Source: Microcaecilia unicolor (Eukaryota). From it: a stretch of 64,000 nucleotides of DNA. The notes beneath the pieces were generated by a model. The model was given only the letters and a program-made list of their open reading frames with translations. It did not search any database and was not told where the DNA came from. This document shows positions 12,620 through 25,160 of the stretch, piece by piece. Each line of letters begins with the position of its first letter. Positions within the stretch are counted from its first letter, which is position 1. Location: the NCBI RefSeq assembly GCF_901765095.1, contig NC_044044.1, forward strand, positions 26,632,132 to 26,696,131, given 5' to 3'. The position numbers and the translations under genes are program-made.

Positions 12620-13139
12620 CTGAAAGCACAGGGGAAGGGTGAAAGGGAGAAGAGAGACAAGATGGCGGCGCAGGTCTTAAGGGCAAGCATTTCTCTTCTT
12701 TAGGAGTTCACACCACATTGCCCCAGTTCCCTTCCCTCAAGACCCTCTGTCCTCCACTGGTATTGTACCTTTTTGACCTCTGGTCACTAGTGTGGTTAAG
12801 AAAAGGACACTGGCCTTCAAAAAGGAGGACAAAAGTGTGCATTGAATTAGCATAGATAATTTGCATATGCAAATGCATTTACATAGGTGCGACATTATGA
12901 ATCAAATCCAGGTCCTCTGTGTAAGCCAGTGGACCAGATTAAACTAGATGAGCTTGGGCCCCATTTTTGCATAGAATTCTTCTCTTCCTCCCTCCCCCAC
13001 CCCCAACATCCCTACCTAAAACAGAGGGCAGGGATTCTTTAAAATATGTTGACTGACTGGTGTGCTGGGGGGAATGGTAAATGTGTATTGGAGTGTCCCT
13101 CTTAATCAGGGGTCTCTGGCTGGAATTCACAACATCCAG

Positions 13140-13510
13140 AGTAGCCACCCAGTACTGAGACCCTCACACACACACAACTCTGATGCTGCAACTCACTCCT
13201 GCCATGCTTCATGTCCCCCCTCCCCCAACACAGACACAATTCTGTCAATGCACCTCATTCCTGCCAGGCAGTACTTCTTTCTATCCCAGTGGTAACACCT
13301 CCCACCCCTCCCACACACACACACCCACCCCCTACAACACTACCACTGCACCTCATTCTTGCTATGCAGCACCAGAAGAGACCCTCCCTACACACTGTTC
13401 TGCCCATGCATCTGGCTCCTGCCATGTACTGCCCCCTGCTTTTCCAATGCCCCCACCCCCAAACACACACTCACATATAAAGCTCTGCTATGTAGCTCCC
13501 TCCTGCCAGG
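13140..13510. repeat. Tandem repeat of about 100 bp, about 3.5 copies, C/A-rich
   Basis: The motif ...caatgcacctcattcctgccaggcagtac... (also ctgccatgcttcatgtcccccctcccccaacacagacac.) recurs. Overlapping ORFs on both strands are artefacts. Confidence 0.7.
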
Positions 13511-14399
13511 GTTGTGTTCACAAAGCACACCGAACCCATCCAGAAAAAGGCTGTGTTTCAACCATGCCCTGAGCTCCCTTAAATCATTCTTCCTAACCAA
13601 AGGGTAGGCAAGGGTTAATCTCTCAGACAGCTGGGTGAGAGGGGGAAATAAATAATTACCTGCCAAAAGACAACAGAAAGACTGCAATGGCCTTAGAATT
13701 TAACATTTCTAGCCTAAGGGTCAATTTTTCACTTAAAGGCACAGGGGATCTGTGGGCTGACTGGGATTCCAGTGCTTTTGTCTCTTTAACCCTGTACCTT
13801 TAAAGACCTCACGGGAGATATAGAAGGTTGGCTACTTTGCATGGCAAGGGGTGGGAAAGCTGGACTGTGGGTCACCAGGAGAACTGTGTGTTTCCCAGAT
13901 CCCTCTGTGGCAAACCAACATTAAAGCTCACTTGAGTTCAAGGGTAAGACACCTTCCATCCCTGCAAAAACTCCAGTGAGTAAGCGATGTCTCCCAGTCC
14001 ACTACACCCAGAATCCATCAGCCCCTTCAAACCAAATACAGGCAAAGAAATGGGACATGTGAATGATTATGTCGAGGGAGGCAGGGCTGGTTTGGACTTT
14101 CAGAGCAGTGGGGGGGGGGGGGGGGGCGGGAATCAGAAGATACGGGAGATTGGAGGCCTGCCACTGCAAGGGCTTTTCAGGGGCACTTTCTGCTCCCCAC
14201 TGACTGCCTGGTTTTCTAACGGTAGCATCAGCCCTGGGTACACATTTATTTGAGAAGGAATCATAAAATAAAGATCCCCAACTCTCTGCAAAGTTATTAG
14301 CTAGTCTCCCTACCCTTTTCCCCATAGTTTTTAAAACTTGAACCACAGCACACAGCATTAACAGATAGCCTCTAGAAGGCACAGCAGGGCTTAGTTCAG

Positions 14400-14965
14400 T
14401 GAAAGATGCTTGGGGGGGAAAAAAAAAACACGATCTCAGAGACCTGGTGGAAGAAGGACAATCAATGGGACACTGTGTTATCAGGGTACAAATTATATCG
14501 CAATGATAAAGTGGATCAAATTGGAAGGGGGGGTTACGCTGTATGTTAAAGGGGGAATTGAGTCAAACAAAGTAAATATTCTACATGAAACAGATAGCAC
14601 GGAGTCCTTGTGGACAGAAATTCCATGTGAGGGGAAAGAGTATACTGGTAGGGGGCTGTACTACCGTCTGCCAAGAGAGAACGAACAGACAGAAAGCTGG
14701 CAAATTGGGCTAGGGAGGTACAGTTCTCAGATGTAATCAATGACTGTTTATTGAAGCAACTGGGCCGACAAGAAGGGAAGCAAGCTATTTTAGATCTAGT
14801 CCTCAGTGGAATGCAGGGCATGGTACGAGAGGTAACAGTATTGGGTCCGCTGGGAAACATGTCCCCCATGTCCATCTCAATAATTGAGTTTCTGCCAGGT
14901 ACTTGTGACCTGGATTGGCCATTGATGGAAGCAGGATACTGGCTTAGATGGACCATTCGTCTGAC
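14400..14965 (+). mobile_element. Internally deleted CR1-like LINE: the ORF2 N-terminal endonuclease region is joined directly to the CR1 3' UTR
   Basis: ORF 14410..14736 contains ...GGVTLYVKGGIESNKVNILHETDSTESLWTEI...GRGLYYRLP (compare CR1 ORF2 ...GGVALYV...ESLWVRI...VCYRPP). ORF 14751.. contains AILDLVLSGMQGMVREVTVLGPLG.SDH.M (compare [30 protein letters not shown]). It is followed by the CR1 3'-UTR motif ctggattggccattgatggaagcaggatactggcttagatggaccattcgtctgacccagtatggc. Confidence 0.55.
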
Positions 14966-15039
14966 CCAGTATGGCTAATCTTATGTTCTGGGCTTTCAAG
15001 CGCTATCAAGAATCCTCAGAGCATCCTCTTCCTCTAGCC

Positions 15040-15345
15040 TATGCCCCATTCTCTGGTCTCCTATGATCTCCCATCTTTCCTTGTACCCTACAATGTAACC
15101 TTCTTTCCTTATGCACTTTGATGTCACACCCTCTCCTTAAATCTGTGATGTCACATTTCCTCACCTCCAGTGAAGTCACATTCCTCCTTACACCCTGTGA
15201 TGTCACATGCCCTCTTTTTATTTGCTCACGTCTAGTGAAGTCACATTCCAGTGATATAATATCCCTTCCTTACACTCTGTGATGTCACACACACTGATGT
15301 CATATCCTGCCTTCGTCCTCAGTGACGTCATATCCCCTCCTCACC
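15040..15345. repeat. Tandem array (about 38-bp unit, about 8 copies) in which every unit carries a TGAYGTCA (CRE-like, ACGT-core) motif. It lies immediately inside TPPP2 intron 1.
   Basis: Successive units include gtgatgtcacat, gtgaagtcacatt, gtgatgtcacatg, gtgaagtcacatt, gtgatgtcacac, ctgatgtcatatc and gtgacgtcatatc. Confidence 0.75.
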
Positions 15346-15361
15346 ATCATCAGACACTCAC

Positions 15362-15534
15362 TTAACCTTGTTGAACACGATGTCCACGTCTGTGGTCGTG
15401 ACAGCCTTGCCATCCATGATTTTACACTCCTTGCAGAGTTTGGAGAAGTTCTTTCCGGTTATGTCCTTTCCGGTGGCGGCCGTGTCACCGTAGACAGCAA
15501 ACTTCTTGAAGGCATCCTGTAGCTCCTGCGACAT
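15362..15534 (-). CDS. TPPP2: TPPP2-like (tubulin polymerization-promoting protein family) coding exon 1. ATG is at 15534-15532; the product begins [57 protein letters not shown](K)
   Basis: Minus-strand translation is a close match to the p25/TPPP family N-terminus ([20 protein letters not shown]). The in-frame TGA right after KVK forces splicing at a GTGAGT donor inside the Lys codon (exon ends ...GTT AA | GTGAGT). The phase matches the next exon. Confidence 0.8.
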
Positions 15535-15600
15535 GCTGAAGGCTGACAGAAGATAGGCACACGGTTACACCGGCAGGAGGCACTCACAGGAGAACAACTT

Positions 15601-15608
15601 TTATACCT
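15601..15608 (-). promoter_or_regulatory. Putative TATA box (TATAAAAG on the minus strand), about 70 nt upstream of the TPPP2-like ATG
   Basis: The minus-strand sequence reads ...caggTATAAAAGttgttctcctgtgagtgcc...cagccttcagcATG. Position and spacing are appropriate for a core promoter, but an upstream non-coding exon cannot be excluded. Confidence 0.3.
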
Positions 15609-16794
15609 GAATGTAACTCACCATGAGCTCAGATTTAATTCCAAATTCCAAAATGATTTTAAGGTGAGGATACTAAAAGGAAACTTTAAAACAATACAGG
15701 AACGCAAGACCTTAGAAGTCAAAATGATTAAATATTTTTGACACCCACCAGACAGGACTTAACAAAGATCTGGGTTTTCTAGCCCATTATAAACCATGAA
15801 ATTTCACTGCTTTGTCACCCTCTGATCACCATACATATCTCCCCGTCCCTCATCCTCTCAGCCATCTCTGTTTCTCACCTAGCCCACCCCCTCCCTCATC
15901 CCTTCAGACTGTCACTGAAATACTTTGATGTTTCACTTATATATGCTGTTACTTATCAACATTTGCTTATTTCTGATCTGACGAAGAAGGGCCACCTTCG
16001 AAAGCAAATCAAAAAATGTATTAAGTTAGTCCAATAAAAAAGGTATCATCTTATTTTCTTTTCTATGTTTTATTTTATTCTAGTTCAATTGATTACCAAT
16101 TTCAAAATCCAAACCCAGAAAAAGGAGATAAGACTGACACCACCACCCTCCCCAAAAATATTCTCTATCACTTCAGGTCTAAATTCTTGCCTCAGCCCAT
16201 TGGCTCAGATTTTGTGACCCTGGAGAGTCAAATATGCCTGAGGGTCATTACTCCCTGACCTTGGAAGTAATTCTCAAGGTCACCAAAAGTTAGGTGTTGG
16301 GAAGATGTGCACTAAGGCATCAATTTTACAATTACGAGCATAATTAATATTATAGCATACTGGCATAAGTCTGCCGTAAGCATTTAGGAGAGCTCAATGC
16401 CTGGTGTAAATCCTCACGCCTAGCTTCTGTCAGATGTATAACTGATAGTATTCTGCAACCCTAGCATGTAAGTGTTAGGCACTGGCCTGACCCACCCATG
16501 CGCCCTCCCAGGTCCACTCCCCCTAGCATCTGGTGCTATGAATTTTATGCGTTCAATTTGTAGAATCTTGACTAAGGGCAGAGGATAGTGGGAAACTGAC
16601 CACGGACTCCGGAAAAACGAGGAAGACAAACTTGACACTTAAGAAGGTTTATTGATCAAAGACCCGACACTGTACTGTGTTTCGGCCTGCAGCCTGCTTC
16701 AGGGGTCTTTCACAGTAAATGGAAATAAAAAAAGGACTGGTCTTGAGAGAGACCTTTGGAGCAATGTCTCCAATAGCAGAAAAAATGTGAGTCT

Positions 16795-17065
16795 CCTCAG
16801 GGCTTTTTTTTGAGGGGGTACTTGGGGATACTGAGCACCGGCACCTTTTCCATTGGCTGCTAAAATTGACCCATGGGACCCCAAGTTTTAATGAAAGAGC
16901 TCAGGCTCTACACACCAATTCTGCCTTGTCATAGGTTCTGTGACTGGTTGCAGGGGGCCTGGCTATTGTGGGGAGGGTCCCTCAGTGATTATTACCCCCA
17001 CCCCTGAAGGGGTGGCCTAGCATTTGAGTACCGGCACCTTTTTCACTAGAAAAAGTGCACTGAGT
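16795..17065 (+). mobile_element. Interspersed repeat of about 260 bp, non-autonomous, with sub-terminal ggtgccggtactc direct repeats. A second inverted copy lies at 47345-47585.
   Basis: 16795-17065 is the reverse complement of 47345-47585 over about 250 bp (...ggggtacttggggatactgagcaccggcacctttt...cctggctattgtgggg...gagtaccggcaccttttt). Confidence 0.6.
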
Positions 17066-18789
17066 CTTCTAATCTTGTGCACCTGTCTGGCACTATTTTA
17101 TCAGGGTTGTCTCTCTGTTGATTGGGTTTTTTTTTTACTATCTGATGTTACCGTCTACTGCTTTGTTAGCCTACGTGCAAGGTGAGAGGATTTGGGGGAG
17201 AGAGAGAGAGAGTGAGTTTTGGCCTCAGATTGAACTTGTTTGCGCACTGGCCTCTGCTAAATAACCCTCAACCCCACTGGCCTGAGAGGTCTACTACATA
17301 GGTTAATAGTTAAAACGTTAATTCTTGGAGAATTCTTCAATTTATTAGATTCTCGGGATATGGGGCCCCCCTGGGACCTGCAACTTGAAGGGGATTCACC
17401 TAGGGTGCCTAATTTCCTTCCGCCGGCCCTTCCTGCCAGCTGAATTCTGGGGATGGGAATAGTTGGCTGGCAGCAGAGGAAAAATGCATCCAGGCAGGAG
17501 ACCTTTTTCACCTATATACTGCCTGCCCCATATATCAGCCACCCCAAGAATCTCACACCAACCAAAGGCAGACACACCCGGAGGCCAAACGTAGACCTGC
17601 AACACACCCCTTCACTATCCCTTCCCTCTCCCAGCATGTCTACTCCAAGCCAAAAGTCCCATTTCTCACCTGTTCCTTGACCCCTCTACTCCCAGTGGCT
17701 TGACCCCTGTGGTTCTCTCCTGCTGTTTACCCAGGCAAAGGAGTAGCTATGGCCAGTGGGCTAAAGGTCTCCATGGAAACACATTATTCTTGACTCTATC
17801 CATTGTGACCTCAGGTGCCGTGACCTCACACCACGCCGTGTCACCTCGTGGGTGAAAATTCTATTTGAGTGAAATAGAGAAGCACTGGAATAACAGTGAA
17901 AGGAGCAGGGGGAATTCTTTTGGGTGCCACCCTCCTGATAATCACACTTTAGTCTAACTGTGGTCATTTCCATTAACTGTCCAAATGTTTGTGTCTCCTT
18001 CTATGATGGTGGAGCAGTAGGGAATGGTGGAAGGGGGCACTGGCAGTGTGTGGAGGGAGCTGTGGAGCGTGTGGAGGAATGCTGTCTGTAGGGGAGCTGT
18101 AGGGAATAGTGGAGGGACACGGGATGACTCCGAGATCACTGTGCACTTGTCCACATTACAGGCTAGAGCTATGAATAGGGCTGCCGAGAGACCAAGCCAG
18201 GCCCGGGGCAAATAATCATGAAGGCTGAAGAAAGCAGCTTTATTGCCAGCACCAGGCCCCCCCCCCCCTCCTCCTTGGAGACCAGGCCCCGGGGAACCTT
18301 CATGGCCCTGTTAATGGTCATTACTGCGATAGATGTGTTATGTTAGTGTAGATCCCATTTTATGCAATGCAGCCTATCTTGCTAATGCATACTAACCCCT
18401 GGATTCTATAAACATTGCCCAAATTTGGGCACCCAAAATAATCAGCCAGTGGGCTAATATGATTTAAATATTGGAGTGAACAAGCACTTAATTGGCTACA
18501 TGATATGCTATAATAAATAGGTGCCTAAAAATCACGACCAACTCAAAAGGGGTGTGGCCATGGGAGGGGCATAGGCAGGCCAAGGGTGTTCACCACAGAT
18601 GTGGGCAGTGTTACAGAATTGTGTGCCAGGGTTTCAGCGGGCATAAGTCCTCACGCCCAAAGTTGAGTCCCGAATTTGCTGCTCAGTGCTATTCTGTACA
18701 GAGCGCTCATGCCCTTTACACCATAGTGTTGGGCGCCGAATTTTATCGGTGCCAAATTTTTAGCACCGTTTATACAATCTGGTACAAGC

Positions 18790-19030
18790 AGTTTGCTTAG
18801 CAGGGTTTAAAAAAGGTTTGGATAGCTTCCTAAAAGAAAAGAGCCATAAGTCATTATTAAAGATGGACTTGGGAAAAATCCACTGCTTATTTCTAAGATA
18901 AGCAGCATAAAATCTGGTTTACTGTTCTGGGATCTTGTCAGGTACTTGTGACCTGGATTGGCCGCTGTTGGAAACAGGATACTGGGCTTGATGGGCCTTC
19001 AGTCTGTCCCAGTATGGCAATGCTCCTGGC
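18790..19030 (+). mobile_element. CR1 3'-end fragment (end of ORF2 plus 3' UTR)
   Basis: It translates to ...GFKKGLDSFLKEKS..., then the 3' UTR ttgtcaggtacttgtgacctggattggccgctgttggaaacaggatactgggcttgatgggccttcagtctgtcccagtatggc. Confidence 0.65.
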
Positions 19031-21829
19031 TGGTTCCATTGCTTGTGCTAGGTTGTCTGTTGATATTTTGCACTTAACTGCATAAGTTAACCAGACAAAT
19101 AGAACCACATGAAACACACTCCTATCTTTAATTTATGTGTAAGAGATTGCCACAACCAGATAAGTGATTCCTGCTTTATTCAATGCCAGTGCCTGGACAT
19201 GGTCTGGAACTGAATATCCGGGCCGAACGCCTAAGAATTTAGCAACTTTGAATAACTGTGCATCATCTGTTAATTTAAACGCTTCCCTCGTCATGCCTCT
19301 CTGCAAATCATTTACCAACATATTTAAGCATGCAGTGAATGCGGGTGTTGTGTATCTCAGTGGGAGGGAAGAAGACATCTTAAGGTTAAAATCTTGCAAA
19401 TACAATGTTGATCGTTAGCGACATTTGTTCGATTGTTGGTTCGGTGGGTGAATTGACAATGAACCCGACTACGCTGCAGACAAAATGCAAAACTGCATTG
19501 CCTTTTTGTGGCTGGCATCGTGGCGAATTGCCAACTGCCCTATTTGTGATGTCATGTTTAATCCTGAAGGAGCTTAATCTGCTTACAGAGCTGGGTGCGG
19601 CTCTCGCTGCCTCTTTGATGGGCAGACTGGATGGACCGTGCAGGTCTTTTATCTACCATCATTTACTATGTAAAAGCAGCGATGCCAGTAGAGATCGCCA
19701 GGGGGGGTGGGGGGGGGGGTCACTCCATTAGGAAAGGTGACCGTTTAGTCCTGCTCTCTCTGTTTCCAGGTGGGAAAGAGCATTCCGCTTCCAGATCTTT
19801 CCTTTCTTCCAGGTGGAGGGTTCTCACCCCTCTCCCCCAGGTCAGATCCAGCCCTGGTTTTCCCCCTCTCCCCGAAGGCATGTGTGGAGCTGTCCTTATT
19901 TTTCCCATAGCTCCCCCCCCCACACCCTAAAAACAGGCCTACAAATCTAGTCATGCATGGGGGAGGGGGTGTGCAAACCTAGGACTTGCTCAGCCTGTTC
20001 AATTGGGGGGTGGGGGTTGCAGTTGACCTAGGGAGCTTCCCCCCCAGCACCCACACCGCGGTACTCTATTCCCAGGTACAGGTGTGAGAGGGGTGGATAG
20101 TCACAGATTCCCCGCTGCTTTCCAGTTCCATGCCAGGAATTGCCACCCTCTCAACACCAAGCAGATTTGGAGGGATGGATCCTGCAGCCTTTTTAATATT
20201 CACATAGCGGGATTTGTGCAGGAAGGGGGTGCTGTTTATTCTGCACGTCTAATTAATATTCATGGGATGCTCCTGCACATGTGCCAGGGATGGTTTCCAT
20301 GGGATTTGACGGGTTCTGAGTGATATCACTCCAGACATGTGCTAACAGGAGGGGAAGGGGCTCGGGGATTGAGGAGCGGAGGGGGAGTCCAGAAGGGCTG
20401 GGATCCCATTGCTGGGGCAGTGTGTGTGTCTGTGTCTTTCTTTTGGGTTCCACTGCTAAAGCAGTAGGTATGGGAGGTGTGATGTAGCTGGAAGGAACAT
20501 CCCAGGACTGAATGAGACTACACACATACACACACACCAGACAGCAGCTGGCACAAAACATTGTCAATCTACCCTCTGCACATTTTGGCTGCTTCATCTC
20601 TCCCATCTTCCCTGCTATTCCTCACTCCTCATCCATTCCCCCTCCCTCCTTCTCTCCTTTTAATCTCCCACTAATCCTGTCGCCCTAGAAACCCCGGCTC
20701 CAAGAATGCATTTGAAGTCACCCTCCTTGCGGATGGGAGCCGGCTGCTTTCTATTCCACGGGCATTGTCCGCCAGTGGAAAAAAAAAATCTTTTTATATG
20801 GAAATCAGTCACCTTTGGTACTACTGGGAAAAATTCCCTTCTGCACACCAAGCTCTCTGTTTATCTGTCTGGTTCTTCCAGGCCTGCACAGGAGCACTGC
20901 ATGGGGAGAATGGAGCCTAAAGTATGGCCTGTGTTCTTTACTGCACACAGGGGCACTGTTGACTTAATCAAGAGTACAGTTTGATCTTCCCTCATCATCT
21001 CCACTCTGCAATATGCCAAAAAAATACAACCTTTGTTGTTCTGATTTCTTGAACCAGAGAAATGAGCAGATACAACCAGTAGATCGAATACCTATGCAAG
21101 GATTTATCACCAAAACAGCCAGGCAGCCCACCCTCCGGCCTGCATCCCAGGACAGCTGATGTGAGAGACAATGAAATATGCCTTGACACTGCAGAAGACA
21201 GGTATCCTTGAAAGTTTTTGTAACCCTTTTCTGTCATCTGTTTCTTCTCCCCCTGCCTCTGCGGACTTTGCATCTGTATGTATATGTGTCTGTCTCCCTC
21301 TCTCTGTCTCTCTCTGCGTCTTCTACCCCTGTGTGTATATCTTTATTTCTCTCTTTCTGCAGGCCTTTGAGTGTCTCTATCCTTCTCACATTGAATACTT
21401 TTCTTTTCCTTTATCTCAGTCTCTTTCTAGCTCTCTTTGTCCCTCTGTTTTTCATCTATATCTGCAGTCTCTCTCCCTGTGCCTCTGTTGTCCCTGTCAG
21501 AGAAAGAGTCCTGCCCTCATCCTGCATCCAGCCTCCAGGAGAACCAACCTAGAACAATCCAGGAAGAAAATTCTTCAGAAAACATGGAAAATTCATGACA
21601 GTTTCAGGGTGATATTAGTGTGAGCTTTCTCCCACCAGGGCCCTGACACACACATCAGTGGGACTTGCAGCAGCAGGTGATAACTCAACATGATGATCTA
21701 AAGATTTGTAGGATGTGGGTGTGTAACCTCATGTGGATCTAGTCTTGGTGTTCCTCAGAAAGGGATGGATCGAAAGACATATCACCATCACCATTATCAC
21801 TATGACCACCATTGCCATCACTTTCATAG

Positions 21830-22650
21830 TTACCGTTCTCATGATCATCATCACAATCACCACATTCACCATTCATCACCGTCACCATCATCACTATCAA
21901 AATCATAGTTACCATTCTCATGATCACACCACATTCACCATTCATCACCATCAACATCACTATCAAAATCATAGTTACCATTCTCATGATCACACCACAT
22001 TCACCATTCATCACCATCACCATCATCACTATCAAAATCATAGTTACCATTCTCATGATCACACCACATTCACCATTCATCACCATCAACATCACTATCA
22101 AAATCATAGTTACCATTCTCATGATCACACCACATTCACCATTCATCACCATCAACATCACTATCAAAATCATAGTTACCATTCTCATGATCACACCACA
22201 TTCACCATTCATCACCATCACCATCATCACTATCAAAATCATAGTTACCATTCTCATGATCACACCACATTCACCATTCATCACCATCAACATCACTATC
22301 AAAATCATAGTTACCATTCTCATGATCACACCACATTCACCATTCATCACCATCACCATCATCACTATCAAAATCATAGTTACCATTCTCATGATCACAC
22401 CACATTCACCATTCATCACCATCAACATCACTATCAAAATCATAGTTACCATTCTCATGATCACACCACATTCACCATTCATCACCATCACCATCATCAC
22501 TATCAAAATCATAGTTACCATTCTCATGATCACACCACATTCACCATTCATCACTATCAAAATCATAGTTACCATTCTCATGATCACACCACATTCACCA
22601 TTCATCACCATCAACATCACTATCAAAATCATAGTTACCATTCTCATGAT
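21830..22650. repeat. Minisatellite array A: alternating 66- and 69-bp units (caccattcatcaccatca(a/c)catcactatcaaaatcatagttaccattctcatgatcacaccacatt), about 12-13 copies
   Basis: The array is near-perfect. It produces His/Thr/Ile-rich ORFs of 277-320 aa on both strands (21733..22653, 21739..22701, 21920..22753), which are artefacts. Confidence 0.9.
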
Positions 22651-23289
22651 TAGCATCACAACCTCCTTCGGCCCAACACAACTGGATTTTGCAGCTCCCA
22701 CTTCTCAGCAGGTTCTTAGGCAGGTCCACCTCAGTTCTGTAACTTTCCTATAGGTTATAAGAGTTCTATTGGGAGAGGTTGGAGCAGGATCTTATCTATT
22801 TCTCTCCTTGATATTACTTGGAACAATAAGACCCTAAGTAAATGTTTTCATAGTTGTTTTCTGGATCCTCTCCCCCTATGTCCCCACCCGTAACCTCCGC
22901 TCTCAGGACAAATCACTCCTATCTGTACCCTTCTCCACCACCGCTAACTCCAGACTCCGTCCCTTCTGCCTCGCATCACCTTATGCCTGGAACAGACTCC
23001 CCGAGCCCATACGCCATGCGCCCTCCCTGCCCATCTTTAAGTCCTTACTCAAAGCCCATCTCTTCTCCCTTGCTTTTGGCGCCTAACCACCTTCCCCATT
23101 CATGATACACTGACTACATAGTTTGTTACCTTTAGATTGTAAGCTGTCTTGAGCAGGGACTGTCCTTCCCCATGTTTTAACTTGTACAGCGCTGCGTAAC
23201 CCTAGTAGCGCTATAGAAATGCTAAGTAGTAGTAGTAGTAGAGCTATTAGTCTTGAGTGGTTTCAGTCTGTGCCAGACTATGATTCTTC

Positions 23290-25160
23290 TGATCAAATGG
23301 AGATGGCGTTGATAGTGGTGATCAATAATGAGGTGATGGCAATGGTGGTTATGATGACGATGATGTTGGTGATGATAATCATGACAATTGTGATGGCAGT
23401 TATTATGATGTGTGGACGATGATGGTGGTAGTGGTAGAATGATTATTATGATGAAGATGATAATGGTGGTGGTTGCGATAATGATTATGATGTGGTAATG
23501 ATTATGGTGTGATGATGAAGATGGTATTGGTGGTGGTGGTGGTGATTGTGATGATGATACTGCTGGTGATGATGGTGGTGGTAGTGGTAATGATTATGGT
23601 GTGATGATGAAGATGGTATTGGTGGTGGTGGTGGTGATTGTGATGATGATACTGCTGGTGATGGTGGTGGTAGTGGTAATGATTATGGTGTGATGATGAA
23701 GATGGTATTGGTGGTGGTGGTGGTGATTGTGATGATGATACTGCTGGTGATGATGGTGGTGGTAGTGGTAATGATTATGGTGTGATGATGAAGATGGTAT
23801 TGGTGGTGGTGGTGGTGATTGTGATGATGATACTGCTGGTGATGATGGTGGTGGTAGTGGTAATGATTATGGTGTGATGATGAAGATGGTATTGGTGGTG
23901 GTGGTGGTGATTGTGATGATGATACTGCTGGTGATGATGGTGGTGGTAGTGGTAATGATTATGGTGTGATGATGAAGATGGTATTGGTGGTGGTGGTGGT
24001 GATTGTGATGATGATACTGCTGGTGATGGTGGTGGTAGTGGTAATGATTATGGTGTGATGATGAAGATGGTATTGGTGGTGGTGGTGGTGATTGTGATGA
24101 TGATACTGCTGGTGATGATGGTGGTGGTAGTGGTAATGATTATGGTGTGATGATGAAGATGGTATTGGTGGTGGTGGTGGTGGTGATTGTGATGATGATA
24201 CTGCTGGTGATGATGGTGGTGGTAGTGGTAATGATTATGGTGTGATGATGAAGATGGTATTGGTGGTGGTGGTGGTGATTGTGATGATGATACTGCTGGT
24301 GATGATGGTGGTGGTAGTGGTAATGATTATGGTGTGATGATGAAGATGGTATTGGTGGTGGTGGTGGTGATTGTGATGATGATACTGCTGGTGATGATGG
24401 TGGTGGTAGTGGTAATGATTATGGTGTGATGATGAAGATGGTATTGGTGGTGGTGGTGGTGATTGTGATGATGATACTGCTGGTGATGGTGGTGGTAGTG
24501 GTAATGATTATGGTGTGATGATGAAGATGGTATTGGTGGTGGTGGTGGTGATTGTGATGATGATACTGCTGGTGATGATGGTGGTGGTAGTGGTAATGAT
24601 TATGGTGTGATGATGAAGATGGTATTGGTGGTGGTGGTGGTGGTGATTGTGATGATGATACTGCTGGTGATGATGGTGGTGGTAGTGGTAATGATTATGG
24701 TGTGATGATGAAGATGGTATTGGTGGTGGTGGTGGTGATTGTGATGATGATACTGCTGGTGATGATGGTGGTGGTAGTGGTAATGATTATGGTGTGATGA
24801 TGAAGATGGTATTGGTGGTGGTGGTGGTGATTGTGATGATGATACTGCTGGTGATGATGGTGGTGGTAGTGGTAATGATTATGGTGTGATGATGAAGATG
24901 GTATTGGTGGTGGTGGTGGTGATTGTGATGATGATACTGCTGGTGATGATGGTGGTGGTAGTGGTAATGATTATGGTGTGATGATGAAGATGGTATTGGT
25001 GGTGGTGGTGGTGATTGTGATGATGATACTGCTGGTGATGATGGTGGTGGTAGTGGTAATGATTATGGTGTGATGATGAAGATGGTAATGGTGGTGGTGG
25101 TGAAGATTGTGATGATGATACTGGTGGTGGTGGTGGTGGTAGTGGTAATGGTTAAAATTT
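23290..25160. repeat. Minisatellite array B: about 92-bp units (ggtgtgatgatgaagatggtattggtggtggtggtggtgattgtgatgatgatactgctggtgatgatggtggtggtagtggtaatgattat), about 18 copies. It is related to array A but in reverse-complement orientation.
   Basis: The reverse complement of the array A unit (ggtgtgatcatgagaatggtaactatgatt...gatggtgatgaatggtg) aligns with the array B unit (ggtgtgatgatgaagatggtattggtgg...ggtgatgatggtgg). The two arrays are separated by about 640 bp of unique sequence. Confidence 0.85.

Noticed and set aside
11908-12690. 260-aa minus-strand ORF
   Set aside because: Only the segment 12466-12619 is coding (TPPP2 exon 2). The rest is intronic read-through across a ~60-bp tandem repeat.
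13183-13687. Overlapping ORFs (89-129 aa) rich in Pro/Thr/His
   Set aside because: They lie in the ~100-bp C/A-rich tandem repeat and are open in several frames on both strands.
19133-19731. Overlapping ORFs of 84-108 aa on both strands near 19.1-19.7 kb
   Set aside because: They have no recognisable domain. The region ends in a CR1-subfamily 3' tail motif (gggcagactggatggaccgtgcaggtcttttatctaccatcatttactatg), so this is most likely a degraded repeat.
21733-22753. Three long ORFs (277-320 aa) encoding His/Thr/Ile-rich or Met/Val-rich repeats on both strands
   Set aside because: They lie entirely within the near-perfect 66/69-bp minisatellite array. They are open on both strands, have no start context, and have low-complexity periodic composition, so they are translation artefacts of the tandem repeat.
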